From positions 275,579 to 339,578 of the forward strand of contig RHPI01000890.1 in the NCBI GenBank assembly GCA_009103225.1: a DNA stretch of 64,000 nt, read 5' to 3'. The position numbers were made by a program, and so were the translations under genes. The number at the start of each line of letters is the position of its first letter. Position 1 is the stretch's first letter. The notes beneath the pieces were generated by a model, which saw only the letters and a program-made list of their open reading frames with translations, had not been told where the DNA came from and searched no databases. This DNA is from Chlorokybus atmophyticus (taxonomy: Eukaryota > Plantae > Mesostigma and Chlorokybus algae). Below are positions 52,401-62,600 of the stretch, one piece after another.

Positions 52401-53261
52401 GGTCTGTTACTGTGCCATTGCATTCATCTGGTTCAACCTTCACTGGAACACCAGACTGTCTTTACAATGCAGCAAACTTCTACATAACCACAATGCACAC
52501 GTGCTGCTACATGTTCGAGCCATACAAGAACATGCTCTAAAAGGGTAAAGCCCATCACCAACTGCCATGCATGTCAAGTTCAGTAGCAGCAACTGACAAA
52601 TGTGGCGCATGCATGCACACACAGCGTACGTTGCATTGCGCGGCGGCGAGCACCAGCGAGACAGCGGCGGCAGTGCTAGCAACGAGCAGCCCAAGACCAC
52701 GTCTGCCGTGGCTTGGCGTGGAGGTGGAGGTGGAGCAGTCCTGATCTCGTGGCCTGGAAGCTTCCGCCCGGCACACAGCAGCAGCAGGCGCCCGCGAGGC
52801 AGGCGCCCTGCAGCTGCCTGTGCTGCTGCAGGCGCGCCTCTTCTGCTGCTTGCTTCTCCTGCCTGGTGGTGCATGCGGCCAGCTGCCCAGAAGCACCCGC
52901 ACGTCCGCCGAGGCCGAGGCCGAGGCCGACCGCTCCATGCCTGCCCTCCTGACGCACAAACAGGGAGAGGATATGCTCGTCTGCATGCAACTACAGCAAA
53001 GACGACGACAATGGCAACCATGACAACGACGACGACCACCACCACGATCGCAAAGGCGATGAGCGGGGAGCCCAGCATGCCTCCAATGCTGTTCCCGCAG
53101 GTGCAGCACACAAACATAGCTTCAGTGGCCACAGCGCGGCAAGTGAACTCACCTGCGAAGGCACAGCGCTCCTGCGTCCCCGAGCTCTTACTCCTCCGTC
53201 CTGCCAATGCCTCCCGCGGGCCGGGGGACGACCCTGGCGACACCGCCGACAATACCGCCAC
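49496..53261 (-). CDS. Large acidic protein with putative transit peptide, hydrophobic segments and C-terminal CBM48 (AMPK1_CBM/PTST-like glycan-binding) domain; internal exons tentative
   Basis: C-terminus VEFVWHAEGAGSVQLAGSFNNWNPTPM..WTLSMHLTP|GEHQYKFVENGNWLVD..MNNIIWID* (stop 49496-98). Upstream acidic exons carry a repeated LLxxAMxxV/I motif. A 5' exon begins MAVLSAVSPGS. Confidence 0.72.
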
Positions 53262-53345
53262 GGCAGCCTTAGTTCCAGCGCCCCAACAAATATCGGGACC
53301 ACCGTTTTGTTTTGTTTCGCACTATCGACAGGCCTATAGGCGGGC

Positions 53346-54213
53346 TGTACCGTATAGGTAGGCCCGTGATTCACATAGACCGTCGGCGATGCTGTCAATG
53401 CATATGCGTGTACGAAGGTATGTCTACAGCCAGTTCGTAATGGGTATTACCCGAGAGGCCGGGCAATTCACGCAATCTTCGCCTCGAGCGTAGCGAGAGG
53501 CAAATGTTGCGTGAATTGACCAGACTCGAGGGGAACACCCCGCGAATCGGCATGCCGAGGCGAGTGATCCCCTGCCATTTTGCCTCGATATCGGCAACCT
53601 TCTCCGATATTCAATATCTGAGCGCTTTGCGTCACCGGACGAACCGGCACTAATAGCCCCGCGGCCGGTCTACCAATCAATTATGCGGAGGGTGCCCTGT
53701 CGGCCGATGCCGGAGCACGCGGGTGACAATAGGAGCAAACTGTGAGAAGCCGGTGGGTGACCGGTAGTGGCGCAGTCACCACCGTCACCCACGTGGCCTG
53801 TGCGCCGAACGTATTAGCACACACACAGCTCATGCCCACCCGGGGAGGCAATGAGCAAATCCATTGTGAAATTGTGACATTCACATAAGCACGCCATGCA
53901 GCATTCACTCAAGTTTCAGAAGTCATTCTTGTATTTAAGGTGCTTGAAGAGAAGGCGGCTCCCGGGCTCCTACAAGTGAGCTGCCGAACTACCTTTATAC
54001 CCTTGTCACTGGTCTTATCCAGCTAGGCATGCAATAACAAATAAGCTTATTAACCACTATTTGATTGATAATGCAACTACTATACGCTGGCATAGCCACA
54101 CTAGGGCATCTTCCCTAGCTATTTACAGCCATTTCCTGCAGTAAGACCCGTGGCTAACTGCCTTTTCATGCGATCACATGGTTAAATAAATAACCAACAT
54201 TATTTTAACTACA
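53346..54213 (-). mobile_element. Putative 3' LTR of the Ty3/gypsy element
   Basis: On the minus strand it begins TGTAG (54213) and ends GTACA (53346), giving TG..CA inverted ends. TATAAA at 53999-53994. Lies ~450 bp downstream of the pol stop. No second LTR in the window to confirm it. Confidence 0.55.
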
Positions 54214-54663
54214 TCAACACCTACTGGCCGTTGATGCAGCACCTCCTCGCCGTCTTCATCGCACGGTCGTCACGCTCCGCGCACGGTCTTCATCGTTGTG
54301 TCGTGATTGGACCACGCGGCCTGGTCACTGTCTCGCTGCCGGGCACCCGTCTGGTACCCACAGCTGTGAGAAGCCCCTCCCCACCAACACAAAAACCCAC
54401 CTGGGTTTTGCTAAAGAAATTTTCACATAAATCTAGGGAATCCAGTAAACCCAGCAAACATTGCAGTAGGAGCCTGAGGTTGCACATTGAGCGATCCTGG
54501 CAACAGCGCGATTAGCACTCCTTCCGGGTTTCTCGGCCTCAATTTCGGCCTTTCCTCATGTTGCCAGCCGCGAGTCGCAGGGCCGTCGATCTTATCCGAT
54601 GGTCACCATAAGTTCGCGCGGCTTGCGAATCATGGCGCCGCGGAAGGCCCTTCCTGGGCCTTT

Positions 54664-56655
54664 CTAGGCCCTGTTTGCAGCGTCAGCTGCGCCCCTAACT
54701 TTGAAGGGGGTAATTCTCTCCACATGCACTGTTTCTTGCTTCAAAGAAGCTATGTGCTCAACCAAGATAGTTGTTTTGGCCGTGTTGCATATCTCTTTGA
54801 TCACATAACCTCCTTTCCAATTGCCAGTAGCCCCTGCTGCTCTGGGACCGGTTCTCAGCATCACAGTTTGCCCAACCTGCAACCATGTTAGTTGAGTTGG
54901 GTCAAGTGGCTGCTTCCTTTTTGCAAAGTCCTCAATCTGTTTCTGCTGAGCTTGCTCAATATTCACCAGAGCTCGATCATAAAGCCTGCTCACAGAATCT
55001 TGGCGTTTCAGCAGCAATGCAGCTAAGTCCGCCTCTCCCATTGTGGCATAATCCAACTCCTCTATCTCTGAGTTGCTGACTACATTATTAAGCTGAAGCT
55101 TGGGGTCTCTGTGATACACCATCTTGAACGGTGTCACGCGAGTGCTGCGTTGCTTGGTTACACGGTAGGTGAACAGCACTTGTTGCAAATTCTGCTCCCA
55201 CCGGTTTCCCACCATGCTTTTGAACAATGCCAACTTCACTGTCCCATTTATTCTCTCAACCAACCCATTTGTTTGCGTGTGGTAAGCGCCTGAGTTGACG
55301 TTCTCAATATTGTAGCGTGACAGCAAGTCTTGCACTTCACTGTTGAGAACCTCTTTCCCATTGTCACTCTGAATGATAGTGGGAACACCATGACGGCAGA
55401 TGATGTCCTCAAGCAGAAACTGGCGCACATGAATGCCCTCCTTTGAAGGAATTGCCTTTGCCTCGACCCATTTGGTGAGGTAATCAATGGCCATGACAAT
55501 GTACTTGTTGCCCTTTACTGTCTCAGGCAATGGTCCAATCAAATCAATTCCCACTCTGTGAAAGGCTTCCCCAGTTACTTTGATTGGATGCAAGGGAGCA
55601 GGCTCACGGGATGTACGCCGGTGCTCTTGGCAACTCTTGCAAGAGTTCACATACTCTGTCACTTCCTGAGTCATCCCATACCAGAAGAATCGAGGGCGCA
55701 ACATTTCAAGCACCTTGCCAGCACTTGAGTGATGCATGTTGTCGTGATGCATCTGGATAATACCACGCCTCAGACTCTTAGGTGGAACTCTGCGAGTCAC
55801 CATCTGTGGCTGATCATCCCCATCATAAGTGCTTCTCCCCTTCTTGTTGCCAGGCCTGGTCCAGACCTCACTGCCTTTCATTGCAAAGCCTTTGGCTCGC
55901 TTGCGTACTCGCCTCCTTTCTTGCTTTGACAATGCTTTGATGCTGGATGGGTCCTTCAAGTATGTGAGCAACACCTGATCATCCATCACATCTTTAATGG
56001 GCTTGCCAGCTGAAAGTTTTAATGGGGGTAAAGTTTGCGCTTCAACTAAAGCCTCCACTATGTCCTCCCCTTCAACATCGTGGCTCACCTGAGCCACAAG
56101 GCTTGGCATAGTGTCTGATTCAGCAACGTCCTCCCCCTCAGTGCATGTCTCAAGTGCCTCCTCTTGTGCCTCATTGCCGAGGTCAAGCTCATCAGAAGAC
56201 ATCCCCCCCACACGCACTACCTCTTCTTCAGCAGTGTACAAGTCCGGAGGATTGCGGCTCAGCGCATCCACATGGTCGTGGTTCTTGCCAGGCTCATACT
56301 CCACCACAAAGTCATACTCCTGCAGCTTGAGTGACCATCTGGTGAGCTTGCCCGTAGGATCAGCCGTATTCATCAACCATTTTAGAGGGCGATGATCCGT
56401 CACCACCGTGAAGGTTGTACCATGCAGGTAGTGCCTCCACATCTCCACACTCCACACGATAGCGAGGCACTCTTTCTCAGTTACACTGTAGTTTCGCTCA
56501 GCCTTGTTGAGCATCCGGCTGGCATAAGCTACAACATACTCTTTATTGTCCACACGCTGTGACAATATAGCTCCCAAGGCATAGTCTGAGGCATCCGTCA
56601 TCACCACAAAAGGCATATCCAGATCTGGCCTCCTCAATACTGGAGCAGTCGTCGC
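54664..56655 (-). mobile_element. Ty3/gypsy pol, 5'-truncated: RNase H + integrase (HHCC, DDE, GPY/F-like); no RT, protease or gag
   Basis: 657-codon open frame: APVLRRPD..VVMTDASDYALGAILSQ; YSVTEKECLAIV; TDHRPL; H..H..CKSC; GIDLIGP; QSDNG; TNGLVERIN; WKGGY. The frame hits a stop ~15 codons upstream of APVL. Confidence 0.95.
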
Positions 56656-56809
56656 AATATGTTTTCCCCTGCCGGCCGACTAAATATTGGCAACGGTCGT
56701 GCATCTGAGGACGCTAATTTAGACTGTCGTGGCTCAGGCCACCTGTAATCTTGATACAGGGACCTAATAGTAACTTTCGTTACTGTAAGGCCCTTACTGT
56801 TACGATTTA

Positions 56810-57130
56810 GTCTTTAACAGTTGACTTTGCCTAAGTAACAGGCGCCTGTTAGTTACCTATCAGGCCTTAACAGGTGACTTTATAGAATGAACAGGCACCT
56901 GTTAGTCACACACCAGGCCTTAACAAATGACTTTGTGTAATTTACAGGCAACTGTTAGTTACAAATCGGGCCTTATTAGGTGACTACAACTAATCAACGG
57001 GCACCTGTAAGTTACACATCAGTATTACTTAGGTGACTCAGCCTATGTGACAGGCACCTGCAGGTTACACACCAGTCCAGCACAGGCGACTAAGCATAAT
57101 TCACAAGCACCAACTAGGTAATTATCGACA
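56810..57130. repeat. Degenerate ~53-bp tandem array (about 6 units), each with an internal dyad
   Basis: Units of form cttaacaggtgact-N10-acaggcacctgttagttac-N start near 56814, 56866, 56918, 56971, 57024 and 57078. taacaggtg and cacctgtta are reverse complements. Confidence 0.85.
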
Positions 57131-57504
57131 AAATAAGGCATTTTTTAACAACTGAAGGTGACTAATGCCTAACTGTCGTCATATGTATTGCATAGCTTGA
57201 CTACACGCGGCTGTCACTGACTTCCAGCATTGTTATGTGCATGTGCTGTGTACATGTACCTGAATTGTGTACAGTGTCTCTCAGTCACTTGCCAAGGCTT
57301 GTAGTTCGATTATGTGACTCGAATGCAGTTCTGTTGTATATCATAGGGATGCAAGTATTGATGTGCATGAGCATAATGACGATGGATTGAGCTGGTTTAA
57401 GATGCACAACACTCAGTCACAAGAGCCTTGTAGCTATGTACACTACCAGCTAAACGGACTACCAACTGCGCTACAGCTCCTCTCCATCATCGCTTTGCTC
57501 GTCA

Positions 57505-59296
57505 TTACAGAACAAAGCACCACGCGCTGGCCTGTGGAGGAGACGCCGGAGCTTGCTCTTCCTCCTCAAACGGTAGTGCCAGCCAATCAAATGCCGCTTT
57601 TGCCTCAGCGAGCAGGTCACGAGCTGCTGTGTCTTGCGGCCGGCGCCGATTGGGATCTTTCAGGTATTCGACACAAGATGCAGTGCGGCGTTTCACAAGG
57701 GTGAATGGCTGGAGGGCTGCGTACCGTTGCCTCATCTCCCACTTCATTGACATAATCATGGTGTTGATTTCGCTGAGGTACTCTTCATGTGTGTCTATGC
57801 TGGCAGCTAGGAGAGGGTCTCCATCCTTGCCGTTTAGGATGCGCTCCACCTGCGTAGTTTACAGGCATGTCTTAGTGGCATCGAAAGCCACTATTCACTG
57901 CAACGCGTTTGCAAGCCTGTAGTTTGGGGCTACAGCATTCCTGAATTGGTAATGCTGGAGTTCAGAGTGCTCACCGTAAGCAACAGGTATGCGAGGTGGT
58001 TGACTGTCAGCTGCCGGCGACCAGGTGTAGTGACGGCGTAAGACCAGCATTGCACGATCATTTGCCAGATTATGGGATTGCCCCATTCATGGATGTATCT
58101 CCTCCGCTCCGGGTCTGCAGTGTCGGTCACCTCAAATCTCCGCCATGACTTGTCTGCGACAGTCATACCGACAAGGCATTAGTCACGAAATAGATAGTTC
58201 AAGTTGAGCCTGCACCAGGCTAGAATAGTGCCTGTGACTTACTTTGGAGCGCGTTGCGCATCTGGGCTTTTTGGGTCTCGGGGTCCATTAGGGCGTCGAT
58301 GTGCCTGATTGAATCGGTTACAATAGGCGAGATGAGTACGTGTGTATGGAGGCTGAGTAAGAAGGCAGTGTTGCATAGCAGACATGGTGGTGAGGGACCC
58401 AACTCACTTGCGCTTGTTGCTGTTAAACAGTGTCCACTTGTACTCCTTCTCAAGGACATGCTTGATCTTGGTGACGTTCTCAGACCGGACCTGCGTAGCT
58501 TTCTTCAGGGCGACACTCCAGTGGAAGGGGCACTCCATGGGAGTCCAGTACACCTCATAGAACTTGGCCGCATCGGCCTCGTCGTCATGGTCGAAGCCAA
58601 CTACCTGTCGCGGGCAGGTTGGTCAGTGTCACGGTGCAGTGCGGTCATGAAGCATTTACAGCACCTGACACATGACGTTACGAATAGTGTCCTCCTTGGG
58701 ATAAACGTGGCTCTCCACCTAGTGGCCGTTTATGATTTCAACGACGGCATCTCGCAAATGCTGTCCACAGAAGAACAATCCGTTACACACATGCACACAG
58801 TGTCACAGTGTCACACAGTGCTTACCTCCTTGCCAATCTTCCACTTGCTTGGGGAAGGGTTGCTGACGGCCGAGGTTGCCACGTCACGGCCAAATGCGTT
58901 TGGGTTGGGGGTTCCAATCGACCCTCTGCAAGCACAACCACATGAGCCATGCTGCCAGCCAAGAAAGATGCAACCCTCACAGTTGCAAAAGAAGAACAAC
59001 GTGCACAGTGTATCCAGAACGCATGCAGTGAGTCACTGTGCTAGTCATGATAGAAGCAAGCATCCAAGTTAGAAGTTGAGCAAGAAGCAACGTGCACAGT
59101 GCATCAAGAACGCATGCAGTCTAGCTTGCCCTTGCGACTGCGGTGTCAGGTGGAGTTGTTGTGATGTGCTGGGCGTTAGCGCGGGGTCTTGCTGCGATTG
59201 GTTGGCGACGGTTGCCTGGTTGAACACTGGGGGCAATGTGGACAACTGGCGCCGACCTCCACGACGAGGTGCACTTACGGATGGACCACGAGGCAT
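57505..59296 (-). pseudogene. Orphan ~7-exon gene of unknown function with one in-frame TAG, possibly transposon-borne
   Basis: Exons join in frame through canonical acceptors: MPRGPSV.., GSIGTPNP..KIGKE, HLRDAVVEIINGH*VESH.., VVGFDHDD..CPFHWSVALKK.., LHTHVLISP.., KSWRRFEV..HLAYLLLT, VERILNGK..FVL*. Confidence 0.6.
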
Positions 59297-59439
59297 CTCT
59301 CCAACTCATAGTCGGGTGCCGCCTGTTTAGCTGTAAGTGGCGCTGCCGCCTCCAACGCTGCCGCCGCCGGTTGGCCCGCCCGAATGTATGAGGCGTGAAA
59401 ACGAAAATGAGGCGGTTTTAAACGTCTAGAGTCCCGCAC

Positions 59440-59900
59440 TAGAGTCGCATTTGTAGTGCGTCCTTGCTCCTATGGTTGATGGTACGACTTATGCATTCGT
59501 GCCATGCATGCTTCGTACAACCATTGTTACACACGGATTGACGTTCGGGGACCATGCATGGTCCTTCCACGGACCCCGCGGGCCATACATGGTCCGTCCC
59601 CGCGGACCACGAGTGTCTGGTCCGCGAGGGACGGACCGTCCATGGTCCTTTTGGGGCCCCAATATCTGGCGCGCAGTCGCGCACCACATATGGTCCGTGC
59701 CGCACCTTGTATGGTGCGGCACGGACCAGTACTCTACGCTGGTTCCTGGATGCGGACCAGGAGTTGGCCCGCGGCTCAGCGGCCCGGCAGCCGCGCACCG
59801 TACATGGTCCGTGCCGCACCATGTATGGGGCGGCATGGACCAGCAATGTTGCTGGTTGGCGGCCCTGCAGGGCGCGCTACACGTGTACCATGACTGAAGT
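59440..59900. repeat. GC-rich hairpin-repeat block (TGGTCCGTGCCGCACC-N6-GGTGCGGCACGGACCA)
   Basis: Perfect 16-bp-arm hairpin at 59691-59728, degenerate copy at 59805-59842, and many catggtcc/ggacca motifs. Confidence 0.8.
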
Positions 59901-59954
59901 ATCGTTATTGCATGTACGAGTACATAGGTACATTGTGTGTATCATCATTTGATA

Positions 59955-60101
59955 AATGACAGGCCGCACCGACTGTCGCCGCTTACCATAAAGTGGACAG
60001 TCGCAAATGGTCGGCGGCTGTCAATGTATATTGACAGCCGGCTGTCCATGTACATTTTAACTTGACAGCCGCCGACCAGTTGCGGCTGTCCACTTGTGGC
60101 C

Positions 60102-60132
<31 letters not shown>

Positions 60133-61060
60133 AAATGGATATGTGTATACATATAAATATATATGTATATATACATATATACATATATATATACATGCAT
60201 ATGTATGTATATGTTGATAAATATACGTGTGTGTGTGTGCATGTAGGAATAGGCTTAAGGTATGCAAGCAAAAATCGTTGACATATTGCGGCCGCAATTT
60301 GCAGCCGTGCAATTACTTCATATTTATTATTTTATGTACATACATTGTTGTAAGTATATTGATGCGCACACACATGTGCAGTAGACCTTTCATATGCAGA
60401 ATTAATAACATCTCAAATAGTATATAAGAATATGTTTGTACAAAGTGTTATGATTACTGTACAATTACAGTTTAAAAAAATACTTATATCAAATTTACAT
60501 CCATGCGTTGCGCGTGTTAATTACATTATATATAGTTCGTTGGTTATTACATTATCATAATGTTCACAACCGTTAACATCATACCATGAATACATATGTT
60601 GATGCTGTTCGCATGTTGCATTGCTAGGCGTAGTTTATGGTATGTTTGGTTTTAATGATTTGTACGAAACGAAAGCGCAAGCAATGTCAGATGTTATGAC
60701 TTGTAGCCTTACTTGTATAACCTCATAAATGGCCTACAAAAGCCTCATGCGACCACAGAATCATCGACAGCCCGATAAGGTACACTGGCTGCATTGACAG
60801 TCGCAATTTGGCTACTATCACTAAGCATTGTCACAATGACAGCCCCTAACAAGTCTACAAACTGTACTGGCGTATTGACAACCGCCGAGTTCGCGGCTAC
60901 CGGTATGTAGTTTACCACCGTCCATGTAACTGGTACAGCCTATAAATGCTACATGCATAGGCTCAGCCTATGGGCCTATAAAAGTGACACACAATCTCCG
61001 ACTGTCCATCGGCAATTACTGCCGCCGGCCGACAGTCGCCAAGCGGCTGTCGGCGCATGC
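59955..61060. repeat. MITE-like unit: GACAGCCG/CGGCTGTC motif clusters at both ends around an AT-rich core with a (TA)n tract at ~60103-60200
   Basis: gacagccggctgtc (~60033), gacagccgccgaccagttgcggctgtc (~60064), gacagtcgccaagcggctgtc (~61030), and further copies at 60770-60900. Confidence 0.55.
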
Positions 61061-61105
61061 AATAAACTACATGACATAGGTTGCCATGCGACCCTACCGG
61101 TACGT

Positions 61106-61178
61106 GCACTTGTAGCTTAGTGGTTAGGGCGTCGTCTTTGATATGCTAAAGGTACTGGGTTCGAATCCGGCCGATGCG
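61106..61178 (+). pseudogene. tRNA-like sequence (tRNA pseudogene or SINE head)
   Basis: Pol III A-box TAGCTTAGTGG and B-box GGTTCGAATCC at tRNA spacing, but acceptor, anticodon and T stems pair poorly. Confidence 0.6.
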
Positions 61179-61599
61179 TGTGTTCTTGACTAATCATTCC
61201 ACTAACTCCGCGGAGCTGGCCGCGGCCTCCTGCGCCGCAGGTTGGGCGTGGCCGGTGCCGCCGGCAAAGATGCCTCAACTTTTACTGCAGTTGCACTAAT
61301 GTTTCAGGCGGAAAGCTCAGTCTCGAGTCTCTGGCGTTTTTTAGGAGCCGCCGTAGAGCCGTCGATGTATATTGTGCTGCCGTGGCCAGCTGAGGGCAGT
61401 TGGATGAGTGGTTGGCTCGATGTGTTGGTAGGTTGACATGTGTAATATGCACGCGGCTTCACTCGCCGCGCCCATTTTCAGCCTGTAGTGATGCAGTGTG
61501 CCAGCGATATGTCAGCGCGTCGTCAGTACGGCTCGATGAGAGGCGTCATGCTGACGCGGTGCTGATCTTGGAGCTAACTGCGCTTGGCAGCAGGGTCGT

Positions 61600-61632
<33 letters not shown>

Positions 61633-62289
61633 NNNNNNNNNNNNNNNNNNNNNNNNNNNNNNNNNNNNNNNNNNNNNNNNNNNNNNNNNNNNNNNNNNNN
61701 NNNNNNNNNNNNNNNNNNNNNNNNNNNNNNNNNNNNNNNNNNNNNNNNNNNNNNNNNNNNNNNNNNNNNNNNNNNNNNNNNNNNNNNNNNNNNNNNNNNN
61801 NNNNNNNNNNNNNNNNNNNNNNNNNNNNNNNNNNNNNNNNNNNNNNNNNNNNNNNNNNNNNNNNNNNNNNNNNNNNNNNNNNNNNNNNNNNNNNNNNNNN
61901 NNNNNNGGAGTCAACGGGGGGCGGGGGCGGGGGGGTGAAGGCTCAGGCTTATCTTGCAATCGCCCTTGAGACGGTACGTATTGACCATCTCGGGTGAGAG
62001 CGGGCTTGCCTTCTGCCTGATCCCTTACTTGCCAGCCTGTTGCGGTTGGTTGGTGAGGTCTGGGATGTGGGCGGCGGCGGCGGCGGTGAGGGTGGTGATT
62101 ATGGTGAGCGGCGGAGTTGATGTTGTGGGAATTGCCGCTGCCGCTGTCGACACGGATGGCGAGGAGTTTGTGGCGTGTTTAGCGCCTAGCATGACAGGTA
62201 TGTGGCGGAGGTGCCGTGGAGTGCTGGGCGAGGAGTGCGCGGGCGCTGGTAAGTCCAGAGTAGCAGACTAGAACAGAGAGTAGAACAGA

Positions 62290-62600
62290 GCAGAACATGC
62301 AGCGTCGCTGACTGGTGACCCTGGCTTTGTGTGCGTTTTCAATGTATGTGGGTTGTAAGTGATGAATTGCATGTAGAGTAGCAGAGTAGAAGAGGGTTGA
62401 ACATGCAGCGTCGCTGACTGGTGACCCTGGCTTTGTGTGCGTTTTCAATGTGTGTGGGTTGTGAGTGATGTCATGGCATGTTTGCTTGCTTGTGTGCAGA
62501 ACTGTAGCAGAGTGGAACTGAGTTGAACATGCAGCGTCGCTGACTGGTGACCCTGGCTTTGTGTGCGTTTTTACTGCGTGTGGGTTGTAATTGATGCATT
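62290..62600. repeat. Three-copy tandem repeat (period ~106-126 bp)
   Basis: gaacatgcagcgtcgctgactggtgaccctggctttgtgtgcgtttt begins at about 62293, 62399 and 62525. Confidence 0.92.

Noticed and set aside
56810-57130. 53-bp repeat array as a CRISPR array
   Set aside because: Eukaryotic context, no cas genes, degenerate repeats, and variable parts of only ~10 nt, too short for spacers.
58254-59072. 272-aa plus-strand ORF
   Set aside because: Antisense shadow of the spliced minus-strand gene, with no recognisable motifs.
61106-61178. Functional tRNA gene
   Set aside because: Acceptor, anticodon and T stems contain several mismatches and no anticodon can be assigned with confidence.
61240-61630. 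Minus-strand coding-like GC segment next to the gap
   Set aside because: Several stops and no identifiable motif. It cannot be assigned without the gap sequence.
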